Source of the DNA: Eledone cirrhosa
Taxonomy: Eukaryota
Assembly (NCBI GenBank): GCA_964016885.1
Contig: OZ024754.1
Coordinates: forward strand, 372,001 to 436,000
Length of the DNA: 64,000 bases
Direction: 5' to 3'
The notes beneath the pieces were generated by a model. The model had not been told where the DNA came from and searched no databases. It was given only the letters and a program-made list of their open reading frames with translations. The position numbers were made by a program, and so were the translations under genes. This document shows positions 33,370-47,151 of the stretch, one piece after another. Positions within the stretch are counted from its first letter, which is position 1, and each line of letters opens with the position of its first letter.

Positions 33370-34600
33370 CACCTCACTGACAATGTGTTCAAGCTATGTA
33401 CCTCACTGACAATCTGTTCAAGCTATATACCTCACTGACAATCTGTTCAAGCTATGTACCTCACTGACAATCTGTTCAAGCTATATACCTCCCTGACAAT
33501 CTGTTCAAGCTATATACCTCCCTGACAATCTGTTCAAGCTATGTACCTCACTGACAATCTGTTCAAGCTATATACCTCCCTGACAATCTGTTCAAGCTAT
33601 ATACCTCCCTGACAATCTGTTCAAGCTATATACCTCCCTGACAATCTGTTCAAGCTATATACCTCACTGACAATCTGTTCAAGCTATGTACCTCACTGAC
33701 AATCTGTTCAAGCTATATACCTCACTGACAATCTGTTCAAGCTATATACCTCACTGACAATCTGTTCAAGCTATATACCTCACTGACAATCTGTTCAAGC
33801 TATATACCTCCCTGACAATCTGTTCAAGCTATATACCTCCCTGACAATCTGTTCAAGCTATATACCTCCCTGACAATCTGTTCAAGCTATATACCTCCCT
33901 GACAATCTGTTCAAGCTATGTACCTCACTGACAATCTGTTCAAGCTATATACCTCACTGACAATCTGTTCAAGCTATATACCTCACTGACAATCTGTTCA
34001 AGCTATATACCTCACTGACAATCTGTTCAAGCTATATACCTCACTGACAATCTGTTCAAGCTATGTACCTCACTGACAATCTGTTCAAGCTATATACCTC
34101 CCTGACAATCTGTTCAAGCTATATACCTCCCTGACAATCTGTTCAAGCTATATACCTCCCTGACAATCTGTTCAAGCTATATACCTCACTGACAATCTGT
34201 TCAAGCTATGTACCTCACTGACAATCTGTTCAAGCTATATACCTCACTGACAATCTGTTCAAGCTATATACCTCACTGACAATCTGTTCAAGCTATATAC
34301 CTCACTGACAATCTGTTCAAGCTATGTACCTCACTGGCATTCAGTTCAAGCTATGTACCTCACTGACAATCTGTTCAAGCTATATACCTCCCTGACAATC
34401 TGTTCAAGCTATATACCTCCCTGACAATCTGTTCAAGCTATATACCTCACTGACAATCTGTTCAAGCTATATACCTCAGTGACAATCAGTTCAAGCTATG
34501 TACCTCACTGGCATTCAGTTCAAGCTATGTACCTCAGTGACAATCTGTTCAAGCTATATACCTCAGTGACAATCTGTTCAAGCTATGTACCTCACTGACA
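33370..34600. repeat. 29-bp tandem minisatellite (~42 copies)
   Basis: CCTC(A/C)CTGACAATCTGTTCAAGCTAT(A/G)TA unit. Confidence 0.97.
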
Positions 34601-35539
34601 TTCAATACCATTACATTAATATGCTGATATTCTCACATATGACATGTCAACAAACACTTGAATATTTGATTTCTGGAACCCAGTTGGCTAGGAAGCAATA
34701 ACATAGTAACGAGAACACCCCAATCTATCCCATGAGCAATGTTATAAAAATTGGTGCCCTTTAAACAAGTTTTTCATCTTATTTCACTTCTGCAATAAAA
34801 GTCGAATCTTATTTTTTTATATTTTTTTCTTTATCATGATATGTAAGAACTACCTGAACTTATTGTTTTATTCCAATAACCTCCCACTGATTTAAACAGT
34901 AGGATCAATCTAATCTTTTAAATAATGTTGCTTTGAAAATGGTGTTAAGTGATTTAAAGAAACCCGACTTCAATATCGTTTTCCAGTATTTAAACATATA
35001 TTATTTCAAAAAGATAGAAACATTTCAAAGAATCATTATTTCACTGCAGGATATTACGTTATACATTGCTACTTTGAAAATAGAGTAAAGTGATTTGACG
35101 AAACCTTACTTCAATACCGGACATACAATTTTTCCAGTATATAAGGATGCATTATTTCAAAGAGATGGAAACCACCTCTTTTTAAAACATTGCATGACCT
35201 CAGTAACATAGATCCACTAACACAACAAATATGGCAACCATCACCCATCTACATTGAAGATGCTAACCAATAGCCCAGTCCTCAAAAATGGGCATTACAC
35301 CCATGTTGTGGAACAGTACTCAATGTTCTCAATTACCCGCCTCACCCTCTATCGCCACAAGAACCTACCTGCAGTACATTCGCCACCATCAACAGACTGA
35401 AGAAAGGCCGTTTTTCATCTTCTCTCTTATGTCGGCCTCACACGTCAAGGCTCAAATACATTCACAACGTGGAGATATAGCAGCTGTCTCTTCTCCTGCG
35501 TAGCTGCAGCCGTCCACTGTACGCCCAGGCGAGACAGCG

Positions 35540-36330
35540 AGTCTGGTTGATGCTCAAGCCTTGCTGATCAACCCCGCTCGGCTCAGGCGGCTTAGGAGGG
35601 TTCCTCTAACGATTCCGAAAGCAGCCCAGGTTCCGTTGACCGATGCCCTCGCATATTTAATTGAGAAGGCCTTGGACTCCAACTAATCTAATGGCTGAGA
35701 ATTACCTTTCTATTTCGCTTCACTCACACTCAGTCTCCCCAGTTCTGGTGCCGATCGAGGCGGCTTGTCAACAACGGCTTTAGTCAAGGCTAGCATTTCG
35801 ATGTTCGGGCAGATGCCCACCACATGTATGTCCAACGACGCTACAATCTGCTCATTCACCTACCTGCAGTCTTCCACCCCTGATGCTAGTTCAAAGCACT
35901 TATGCGACTGAGTAAACGCCAAATTAATCAGGGGTGATGTCTCTGTCGCAGCCAGAGTAATAGCCTCGGATGTCACCGACTTCTACCCCACCGAGGACGT
36001 TTTGGCCTCTCTTCAGCTCAAAAATCTTGTCCAACCCGCGGACCTCAAGTCCATACCTCCACCTGACCCTCAAACATCATCTCTATTAGGAGTTTCCCTG
36101 CTAGCAACAGAGATTTGTTGTCTCCCCTCAGTGCCGAGGCCGGGCACCGCCTGTTGAGCGTAATTGTGGAGCTTATTGACAGGTTGTTCCACGGCGCCTT
36201 GGATCCTTTATCCGCGGCATCTTCTTTTTGGCCAGCCTGACTGCTCTTAGGAAGAACTACAGTGGAATACGGTCTATCGTTGTGGGCAATGTCGTAAGAA
36301 GGCTGGCTGCTAATGAGACGGCAAAAGATG
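35540..36330 (+). pseudogene. Decayed CRE-clade retrotransposon fragment (pre-RT and RT N-terminus)
   Basis: IPKAA..., KLIRGDVSVAARVIAS, ASLTALRKNYSGIRSIVVGNVVRRLAA (cf. L.AL.K..GG.RPIAVG...RRLA); stops and frameshifts. Confidence 0.7.
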
Positions 36331-37515
36331 AGATGGCATCACGATCTTCCCCTTCTACCATGGAAAGCCCCTCATTTGGGACGCTACGCCTTCTCCAGCG
36401 GCAACCTGGTTCATTCTGTGACTAAAACATGCTTCGTTAGTCGTAAGTTGTCAAATTCTCGGTCGCTCTCTGTTTCTCTGTTCTGTCCACACACCAGAGA
36501 ACGGGCCCGATTCATTGGGATAACGATCTTATGACAGTATTAAATATTTTCTTTCTTATATTTTCATACCGCTGGCAATATCGGTAGCACATCGGGCACA
36601 ATGCTTTGCAGCTTAGAGTTATGGCCCTTTACGGTCTGAGTTCAAATCCTGCCGAGTTTAACTTTTCAAGACATCCTTACGGGGTCGATAAAATAAAGTA
36701 CCAGTAATACACTGGGGTTATTGCTCGCCTTGTGCCAAAAGTAGATAGTTATTTTCAAGACATTTCTATATAAATGTTTTATTAAAATGCAAAGAATTAG
36801 GAAAGATGGAGCCCCTCCAGGTGGTGTGGCTGATGGAGCGGGTATCGCTGGCAATGCCTTTGCCATTTTCTCCGTAGGAGTGCAACCGAAACACCACTCT
36901 GGCTTATGTGTAGAGTCTGTCGCTCTCTCCTCTTTCTTTCGTTACTTAACAATCCTTGTCCTTTCCCTCTTTTTCCTCTCGTTGTTTTATTTGCAGTTAT
37001 ATATCTGTAATATCATTGATTTTACTATCTTTTCATGTTATTTATTTGTGAATAAAACAAGATTTCATTAAATCACGAAAGAAAAAGACTTTATCTGCAA
37101 AATACTGTGTAAAGAGTGGACTGCGTTCTTTGTTCGTTTCGCCGTTATAAACTGTACTTCTTTTCTGCGTTCTTTTCCTCTTCCGTTCGATTTTGTCTAT
37201 CTGATGTACAAACATTTCGTTTACTGCAGCAGTAATTTAAACTTACTTCAAATCAACTATTCAACTATATCAGTAATCGGAAAACTGGAGAAATTCTGTG
37301 TTTTACCTTGTGAAGGCAAGGCTTCACAATAAAAAATCATTAACACCTTTCAACCGATTCAACAACAATATAACAAGAAGGTAAGCTTCAAAATTGTGTT
37401 CAGGAACATTTTAATTCACCTTAAAATTGTTAAAGAGTCTTTCGAAATTCATCTTCAAATTTGTTAAGATTTTTCTTCACATTATTGTAATTTCAAAATT
37501 GTCATTTATAGTTCT

Positions 37516-38450
37516 AACATCGTGGCGCCTTGTCGAATTTACATCTGACCAGACTGAAGAATATTCGCGCTCGCTTTTTAAGGAAAGGACGCGTTCCACT
37601 AGTTAGCTGGTCCTTCTATTGTCAATATCCTTTACACGGAGGATTTGGTATATCGTGGTTGATGATACACAGGCATGCACTGAGGCTGCGGCATATACAG
37701 ACATTCCATTCCGCGATGGTGATTAGGTGTGGTCACTTTATATCAAGCTTATCTGCACGTGCGACCAACCACTGGAACAACATCAAACAAGAAACAGTTG
37801 ACGCACCCTCAGGCAACATTTTAAAGTCAAGGCTCGAGAAGGGGTGGACCAACCACCCGCTAAAGTTTAACTATCGCTTCTCGTATTGATGTCCATCTGG
37901 GAGACATGGTTACTCAGAAGAGGATCTTTGGTATGAGTCTAATTACCCTTACCGGGTAACAAATGACCATACTTAAGATATATACTTAAGATATATACAT
38001 ATGCGGACAAGGTGACTGTGATGTTGTCGAATATTTCCGATTCTGAGGTTGTCGGCTACGTCTTAAATGAGTACTAAACGTTAACGAGACGAAATATCAA
38101 CCCGGACGAGTTTGTGAGTTTGGCGGTAACGTGAGGTGCTGGAGGACCGGTCCCGTTGCTTGGGGTCTAGTTTGGTCAGGATCCCCAGGTGAAGATTAAC
38201 TGGGAAGAGGTAACGGGCATGGTAGTCAGTCTCACTCAGAAATGGGCCTAGAGGAAGCTATCCTTGAAAGTTCGGGAACAGATGCTAAACACATACATCA
38301 CCTTCATAATACATTACCGCCTGACAGTCGTCCTTATTCTAGTTCTCATCGAACCTGATTGGGGCGTTTACTCTTTCCCTTCTAGTGGAAGGGTCAAGTT
38401 CCACTGTTTAATAAGTCGATCTGCTGTCAACATCTTTTGCACGGAGGAAT
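37516..38450 (+). mobile_element. Tx1/L1-type LINE fragments with an inserted CR1-type 3' end (~37750-37890)
   Basis: F.RKGRVPLV...CQYPLHGGFG; EQMLNTYI...YRLTV; ARATNHWNNIKQETVDAPSGNILKSRLE. Confidence 0.55.
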
Positions 38451-38456
38451 ATCGAT

Positions 38457-38550
<94 letters not shown>

Positions 38551-40180
38551 CATCATCATCATCATCATCATTTTACGTCCACTTTTCCCTGCTTGCAAGG
38601 GTGGGACGGGTCATATTCAGCACAGCATCTCTCCAATCGTCACGTTCCTTCGTCATCTCCTCCGTGAGCTTCAGCGATCTGAGTTCTACTCTCACCACCT
38701 CCGCCCATGATTTTCGTGGTCTTCCTCTACTGCGTCTTTCTTCTACTAGGATTTCTTGGCACTTCTTTACCCAGCAGTCATCCTCCATGCGTATCACATG
38801 TCCATACCATCTCAGTCTTCTCTCCCGCACACTACAGCTTATCCCTCTTATACACAGTTTCTCTCTCAACTCCTCCATGCTTGGTCGTTCACGCACATTG
38901 ACATTGCACATCCAACGGAGCATGCTTGCTTCATTTTTCTCCAGCCGTCGCATATTCTCCGCAGTTGCTGCCCATGTCTCACTACCATGCAACATCACGC
39001 ATCTCACACAGCCATCATATAACTGGCTTTTCGTTCGTAGGGAGAAACCCTTTGTCAACAGAGGAAGCAGCTCCCTAAACTTCTTCCAACCCGCCCTTGG
39101 AGCACCCTCCTCCCTTGCTAATCTGATCGCCTAGCTATCGGAAGTTATCAACCACCTCTTTAAATCCTACCTGCATTTGAAAAATGTGTCTATCACTGCG
39201 ACTTCTACTGTCAAATTTCCCTGTACATCGACTGCATATGTAGTTTTCCCTACCTGTTAGTTTGCCTGCTATCCCACTACATTTCTTGTGTACCCAAGAT
39301 CTGCATTGTATACATTCTATAGAATTTATGCCAACTCCTTTTCTACATATCGAACATGGCCATTTTCCTAATGGAATCAGAGTTTTGTCCTCTTTTCTAC
39401 TAATCAACACTTTAGTCTTAACTAGGTTCACTCTCAGTCCTCTTGATTCCAACTGCTGTTTCCATAGCCAGAATTTCTTCTCTACCTCCTCTACTGATTC
39501 TGCTATAAGTACCAGATCGTCAACATAGAGAAGTTCCCATGGGCAGCCAGTCTTGAACTCCTCTGTTATGGCTTGGAGAACTATAATAAATAATAGTGGG
39601 CTGAGGACCGAACTCTGATGAACTCTTACTTGTATCTGGAATTCCTCACTAAACTCCATCCCTACTCTCACTTTACTGACAGCACTTCTGTACGTAGCTT
39701 GTACTGTCCTCACAAGCCACTCCTCTACACCTAGTTTCCTTAGGAACCACCAGATGACAGATCGGGGTGTTCTATCAAAGGCCTTCTCTAGGTCAACAAA
39801 AGCTAAGTATAGTGGCTTATTTTTCTTTAAAAACCTCTCTTGTAGTTGTCTCACTAAGAAGAGAGCATCTGTTGCACTTTTCCCAAGCACAAAACCAAAC
39901 TGCATCTCATCTAATTTGACCCTTTCTCTAATTAGTTGCGCTAGTATTCTTTCTGTCACTTTCATAACCTGATCCATCAGTTTTATGCCCCTATAATTGC
40001 TCCTCTCCAGAGCATCTCCTTTACCTTTGGGTATGACTCTGCCATATATAACTTGATTGACTATGCATGCAACCAGTTTAGCTCCTACTTCTCCTGATGC
40101 CTTCAGCATCTCAGCAACTATCCCTGATGGTCCAGCGGCCTTACCATTTTTCATTTCCTTAATTGCCTCTTTGACCCTAT
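38551..40180 (-). mobile_element. RTE-clade LINE, 5'-truncated and decayed (RT, PHD-like Cys cluster, C-terminus, (GAT)n tail)
   Basis: KAAGPSG, NYRGIKL, QFGF, AFVDLEKAFD, Q.SVLSP, LLYVDDL, CSICRKGVG..SIEC..C..WVHKKC, LRWYGHV.R, RGRPRKSW; ORF broken near 39135. Confidence 0.92.
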
Positions 40181-40471
40181 AGTCTCAAACCGTTACTGAC
40201 TCAAACCGTTTTTTTTTTTCTTTTTTTTTTTCAATCCTCATCTCAGCGTTTCTTAAAACAACTTTATCGCACAAACATCCTGCGCTCTCTTCCAACACTA
40301 GATTTTTTTTTTTATTTGAATAGGGAAATTTAATAAATTTAATGAATATAACTAAAATAACTTTTATCATTACTGTTGGCTGGGAATATATAGATTTAGT
40401 TATAACTGTCTCAATTTTCTAATGTTTGTTTTCTGTTTTTAACTACTTCAGACTGGGCAGGAGCGGAACGG

Positions 40472-41656
40472 ATGATGTCGTTTGGTGATACAATGCAGAG
40501 CGGAACAAGCGCTACCCTTTATCATAATATCACTATTGATGAGTTGAACCGACATGAACGTTTATTACGACTCCCTTTTACCATATTAATTTCGTTAAGT
40601 ATGACTCTAGGCCTAATTGGTAATGCTCTAACTATTTACATTTACGGATTTCGTTTCAAACTCTCACCAACCTATTTCTTTGTCGTCTTGCTGGCGTGTA
40701 CTGATTTTTTACTGTGTTGCGTTGCAACTCCCAGTCGTATTTTCCTAAATATTTACCCTCTGACAATGACATGGGATGCAATGTGCAAGGCCAATTTATC
40801 TTTAACTATATTTATAGGATTTTCTGATTTTGGTCTCCTCGCCATTATTGCTGTAGATAGATACAAAAAAGTATGTATGCCGTTCGAACGTCAAATGACT
40901 ATGAAAGATGCTAAAATTATCGTAGTCACTATTTTTCTTGTCTCTGGTCTACAGGGAGTTAGTGTTTATATTTACTACGGCAGTGTTAAGAAATGGATCA
41001 AATATCCCGTTATCTATTCTTATACTTGCACGGTAAAGAGGTCAAAATTAATGGAGAATGTCCAAGTGGCATTCATCACTGTCTTTATAATCTCAGCGCT
41101 GGCTACGTTTATTATTCTCGTTCTTCTGTACATTGTAGTTCTTCGGGAGCTGAAATTAATGGAGCAAAGATATAAGAATACAAGTCTGGCCACTCTATGT
41201 TTTCCGGTTACAACTACAGTTGAAGAGGATAATCCGATAACTAGTTGTCCGTCTTCATCCACGATTGAGCCACGCGCAATTGACGTGCCCACTGTAGAAA
41301 TATCTAGATTCTCTGTAGAAAACAATAGAAGTAGGCAAAAGAGAAGCAGTCTGAATAAATTGTATGAGTTGAGCAGTAAAAGACGAGCTAGACAGAAAGC
41401 GAATAGGATACGATATACCACTATGACGATGATGATGATTAGCGTAGTGTTTATACTCACTTATTTCCCCTTCAGTTACGCATTACTAATGGATGCAATG
41501 ATTATAAATAAAAGAGAGCTTTCGAAATTACAAAGCTTTTTTTATTGGCTCGCACGACATAGTGTTTACCTGAGCTCTTGTTCAAATCCCATTGTTTACA
41601 GCTGCAGGAATAAAATGTTTTTACAAGAGGCGAAACGATTGTTTGGGGAAAAATAG
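40472..41656 (+). CDS. Class A GPCR, same family, intronless CDS; paralogue B (394 aa), opposite orientation
   Basis: GN, LACTD, WDAMC, AVDRY, FYWLARHS, SNPIVY; clearly homologous to paralogues A and C but uniformly diverged. Confidence 0.95.
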   Translation: MMSFGDTMQSGTSATLYHNITIDELNRHERLLRLPFTILISLSMTLGLIGNALTIYIYGFRFKLSPTYFFVVLLACTDFLLCCVATPSRIFLNIYPLTMTWDAMCKANLSLTIFIGFSDFGLLAIIAVDRYKKVCMPFERQMTMKDAKIIVVTIFLVSGLQGVSVYIYYGSVKKWIKYPVIYSYTCTVKRSKLMENVQVAFITVFIISALATFIILVLLYIVVLRELKLMEQRYKNTSLATLCFPVTTTVEEDNPITSCPSSSTIEPRAIDVPTVEISRFSVENNRSRQKRSSLNKLYELSSKRRARQKANRIRYTTMTMMMISVVFILTYFPFSYALLMDAMIINKRELSKLQSFFYWLARHSVYLSSCSNPIVYSCRNKMFLQEAKRLFGEK

Positions 41657-41706
41657 AAATAAATGGAAAGGAAATGAAATATGTTTTGTTTTTTTTTTTT
41701 CTGACT

Positions 41707-44445
41707 GAAATACGAACAACAAGAAAACTTTAGGCTGTCGTAAGAGAAGAGAAATACGAACTACAAGAAAACTTTAGGCTGTCGTAAGAGAAGAGAAATA
41801 CGAACTAGAAGAAAACTTTAGGCTGTCGTAAGAGAAGAGAAATACGAACTACAAGAAAACTTTAGGCTGTCGTAAGAGAAGAGAAATACGAACTAGAAGA
41901 AAACTTTAGGCTGTCGTAAGAGAAGAAAAATACGAACTACAAGAAAACTTTAGGCTGTCGTAAGAGAAGAGAAATACAAACTACAAGAAAACTTTAAGCT
42001 GTCGTAAGAGAAGAGAAATACGAACTACAAGAAAACTTTAGGCTGTCGTAAGAGAAGAGAAATACGAACTACAAGAAAACTTTAGGCTGTCGTAAGAGAA
42101 GAGAAATACGAACTACAAGAAAACTTTAGGCTGTCGTAAGAGAAGAGAAATACGAACTACAAGAAAACTTTAGGCTGTCGTAAGAGAAGAGAAATACGAA
42201 CTACAAGAAAACTTTAGGCTGTCGTAAGAGAAGAGAAATACGAACTACAAGAAAACTTTAGGCTGTCGTAAGAGAAGAGAAATACGAACTACAAGAACAC
42301 TTTAGGCTGTCGTAAGAGAAGAAAAATACGAACTACAAGAAAACTTTAGGCTGTCGTAAGAGAAGAGAAATACGAACTACAAGAAAACTTTAGGCTGTCG
42401 TAAGAGAAGAGAAATACGAACTACAAGAAAACTTTAGGCTGTCGTAAGAGAAGAGAAATACGAACTAGAGGAAAACTTTAGGCTGTCGTAAGAGAAGAGA
42501 AATACGAACTACAAGAAAACTTTAGGCTGTCGTAAGAGAAGAGAAATACGAACTACAAGAAAACTTTAGGCTGTCGTAAGAGAAGAAAAATACGAACTAC
42601 AAGAAAACTTTAGGCTGTCGTAAGAGAAGAGAAAAACGAACTACAAGAACACTTTAGGCTGTCGTAACAGAGATATACAAACTATAAGAAAACTTTAGGC
42701 TGTCGTAACAGAGAAATACGAACTAGAAGAAAACTTTAGGCTGTCGTAACAGAAGAGAAATACGAACTACAAGAACACTTTAGGCTGTCGTAACAGAGAT
42801 ATACAAACTATAAGAAAACTTTAGGCTGTCGTAACAGAGAAATACGAACTAGATGAAAACTTTAGGCTGTCGTAACAGAAGAGAAATACGAACTAGAAGA
42901 AAACTTTAGGCTGTCGTAACAGAGAAATACGAACTACAAGAAAACTTTAGGCTGTCGTAACAGAGAAATACGAACTACAAGAAAACTTTAGGCTGTCGTA
43001 AGAGAAGAGAAATACGAACTAGAAGCAAACTTTAGGCTGTCGTAAGAGAAGAAAAATACGAACTACAAGAAAACTTTAGGCTGTCGCAACAGAGAAGAAC
43101 TAGAAGAAAACGTTAGGCTGTCGTAACAGAGAAGAACTAGAAGAAAACTTTAGGCTGTCGTAAGAGAAGAGAAATACGAACTACAAGAAAACTTTAGGCT
43201 GTCGTAACAGAGAAGAACTAGAAGAAAACTTTAGTTTGTCGTAACAGAGAAATACGAACTAGAAGAAAACTTTAGGCTGTCGTAACAGAAGAGAAATACG
43301 AACTACAAGAAAACTTTAGGCTGTCGTAACAGAAGAGAAATAAGAACTAGAAGAAAACTTTAGGCTGTCGTAACAGAGAAATACGAACTAGAAGAAAACT
43401 TTAGGCTGTCGTAACAGAGAAATATGAACTAGAAGAAAACTTTAGGCTGTCGTAAGAGAAGAGAAATACGAACTACAAGAAAACTTTAGGCTGTCGTAAC
43501 AGAAGAACTAGATGAAAACTTTAGGCTGTCGTAACAGAGAAGAACTAGAAGAAAACTTTAGGCTGTCGTAACAGAAGAAAAATAAGAACTAGAAGAAAAC
43601 TTTAGGCTGTCGTAACAGAGAAATACGAACTAGAAGAAAACTTTAGGCTGTCGTAACAGAAGAGAAATACGAACTACAAGAAAACTTTAGGCTGTCGTAA
43701 CAGAGAAGAACTACAAGAAAAATTTAGGCTGTCGTAACAGAGAAATACGAACTAGAAGAACACTTTAGGCTGTCGTAACAGAAAAGAACTACAAGAATAC
43801 TTTAGGCTGTCGTAACAGCGAAATACGAACTACAAGAAAACTTTAGGCTGTCGTAACAGAGAAGAACTAGAAGAAAACTTTAGGCTGTCGTAACAGCGAA
43901 ATACGAACTACAAGAAAACTTTAGGCTGTCGTAACAGAGAAGAACTAGAAGAAAACTTTAGGCTGTCGTAACAAGAAAAATAAGAACTAGAAGAAAACTT
44001 TAGGCTGTCGTAACAGAGAAATACGAGCTAGAAGAAAACTTTAGGCTGTCGTAACAGAAGAGAAATACGAACTACAAGAAAACTTTAGGCTGTCGTAACA
44101 GAGAAGAACTACAAGAAAACTTTAGGCTGTCGTAACAGAAGAAAAATAAGAACTAGAAGAAAACTTTAGGCAGTCGTAACAGAGAAATACGAACTAGAAG
44201 AAAACTTTAGGCTGTCGTAACAGAGAAATACGAACTAGAAGAAAACTTTAGGCTGTCGTAACAGAAGAGAAATACGAACTACAAGAAAACTTTAGGCTGC
44301 CGTAACAGAGAAATATGAACTAGAAGAAAACTTTAGGCTGTCGTAACAGAGAAATATGAACTAGAAGAAAACTTTAGGCTGTCGTAACAGAGAAATATGA
44401 TCTAGAAGAAAACTTTAGGCTGTCGTAAGAGAAGAGAAATACGAA
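41707..44445. repeat. ~44-bp tandem minisatellite (~60-65 copies) starting ~50 bp after the GPCR B stop
   Basis: GAAATACGAACTACAAGAAAACTTTAGGCTGTCGTAAGAGAAGA; units shorten and vary toward the right. Confidence 0.97.
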
Positions 44446-44746
44446 TGTAGTGATGGGGGTCACCATTATGCAGAGGATGGATGTATTCTTTTCAGGATGA
44501 ATGATAAAAGAATGTTGCCAGGATTGTGATGTTGACAATGTTTATTTTACAATAACAAAATTCACTTGTTGGTACATTGTATATCGAGTAATAAAATTGT
44601 TACATCAATTATCACAACATTATTTTCTTGCATGCTACTTCGAGCTAGCGTGTATGCATGTATCACTAAAACGATACAATAGAAGTGAAATGACAGGAAG
44701 AAGAAAGGAATAGACAAAGTGTAGTAGTGAACAGTATAATGAAACC

Positions 44747-44821
<75 letters not shown>

Positions 44822-44893
44822 ATTAGTTTACGTTGTTCCTGTAGTTGGTCAATCTGCCGAGCTGGTATTAAATGTGAGAGCCTGTAAGGCCAG

Positions 44894-44934
<41 letters not shown>

Positions 44935-45329
44935 AAAGGTATGTGGAAAGTGAATGTGGTACATCGTTAATCTCTGACGGGCTGCTGCCTCGTAGTCCCT
45001 GCTTGTGGTTACAAGTGGAATATATTTATACTGATCCTATAGCTAGAAGGATGTGTATATGGATTGATTCAGGAGTGGCCATGTGTGTTTCATCTGTCAA
45101 GCACCTGTGGTCACAAGTCAAGTGGTATATATGTTTATCACAGTTGTCTCTTCACAGGACATGGTGGGAACTCGCAACAATATGTGGTTATAGAGGCGAG
45201 AATCCTCAGATTCGATTTCGAATCTTCGCCAAGTAAAACATAGAAGTATTCCGTTACACGAACGAGAAGAAAGCTTTTGGCTGTCGTAACATATATGTAT
45301 GTGTAAACTTTAATCTGTTATTTTAATAA

Positions 45330-45334
<5 letters not shown>

Positions 45335-45421
<87 letters not shown>

Positions 45422-45444
45422 ATACATACATATATATGTATATA

Positions 45445-45476
<32 letters not shown>

Positions 45477-45571
45477 GTATGTGTGTGTATATATGTGTGT
45501 GTGTGTACATGTGCATATGTGTATGTATATGTATATATGTGTATATGTGTGTGTGTGTGTATATATATATA

Positions 45572-45603
<32 letters not shown>

Positions 45604-45605
45604 GA

Positions 45606-45681
<76 letters not shown>

Positions 45682-45705
45682 CATGTGTGTGTATGTATAT
45701 GTGTG

Positions 45706-45752
<47 letters not shown>

Positions 45753-45830
45753 GTGTATATGTGTGTGTGTATATATATGTATATGTGTATGTGTGTGTGT
45801 TTATGGGTGCGCGCGAGTGTGTGAGTGTGT
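45335..45830. repeat. (TA)n/(TG)n compound microsatellite; similar tracts at 32290-32820, 46403-46720, 49420-49540, 56260-56560 and 57190-57267
   Basis: Direct reading. Confidence 0.95.
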
Positions 45831-46267
45831 TTTGTGAATGTATCTGTTGATTTTTGGCATATAGTTGAATAGTTTAAGAGAAATTTGAGGATAATTGTCA
45901 GATATGCACTCAGTATTTTGAATTTGTCTACAGAATTCTCTAAACCTTTGTCACTTAGTAGAACCTAAAGAATTTAGCTTTTAAAGAATCTCCCTTTCCT
46001 TTAAATCTATCTACCATGACTGACCCCCACTGATCTTATAGACACCTGTTAGCTTAAGAGAAACTTAATAATTAGGAGTGGCATGCCACCCTGAACCTGT
46101 TTATAGAATTCTGTCTGCCTTTGTTACTCTAAAAATAAAAATAAACTATAGCTTTGTAGAATTAGCTTTTAATGAATTCCCTTTTCTATCAACCAATGAC
46201 CTACACCCATCCCACTCCCCACCCTCTCCTTCACTTGTATAAATACCATACTTATTTTTTGATACCC

Positions 46268-46318
46268 AGATTCCTGATGATTTCTAAAGAATGAAACAGT
46301 TCTAGTCCTGTAGAATCT
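46268..46318 (+). ncRNA. Type-I hammerhead ribozyme motif with monomer-competent stem III
   Basis: AGAUUC CUGAUGA U UUC UAAA GAA U GAAA CAG UUCUAGUC CUG UA^GAAUCU; 6-bp stem I; stem II weak (U.U closing). Confidence 0.6.
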
Positions 46319-46400
46319 CATCTATATTAAAACTTTTATACTCTGCAATGTATTGAGTACCTTACTTACTGTGGTTACCTCCGATTCAACCCGGAATAAC

Positions 46401-46537
<137 letters not shown>

Positions 46538-47086
46538 AATACATATATAAATATACATATATATATATAAATATACATATATATACATATATATATACAT
46601 ATATATATATATACATATACATACATATATACATATACAGATATAGATATATATGTATATATATATATATATGTATATGTATATATATATATGTATATGT
46701 ATATATATATATGTATATGTAAAATATTAAACAAATAATGAATAAAACAATGAAACAGTTCCTTATATTAAACAAAAAAAGTTCATTATTTAACGATCGT
46801 TTCTAGGATATATATGTGTTAGAATTGGCATGCATATTCAACAGATCTATGTACAAAATTATACAAAATTATACAATTAAGTCAAATATGTAAAATTTGG
46901 CTTCGTGTATTATAAATTATAGATATACTGCTACTATATATATTTCGGTGACAGCCGAATTGGAATCATATGATTCCAGTTCCTCAGAGAAATAACAACA
47001 CAACCAGGAGCTGGACATATCGATGTATTAACAGAGTAAAACACACTTCAACAACATGTGAACCTGTCTTTCCCACACCAATTCGG

Positions 47087-47141
47087 ACTGCCTGAAGAGG
47101 TCACAGCCAATGATGGCTGCCACCGAAATATATATAGCAGT
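47087..47141 (+). ncRNA. Minimal type-I hammerhead ribozyme motif
   Basis: ACUGC CUGAAGA GGU CA CAGCCA AUGA UGGCUG CC ACC GAAA UAUAUA UA^GCAGU; G-C closing pair; palindromic stem III. Confidence 0.75.
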
Positions 47142-47151
47142 ATATCTATAA

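Noticed and set aside
38573-40154. Active LINE or domesticated reverse transcriptase
   Set aside because: No endonuclease domain, split ORF, apparent internal deletions and substitutions in conserved motifs (QSS for QGS).
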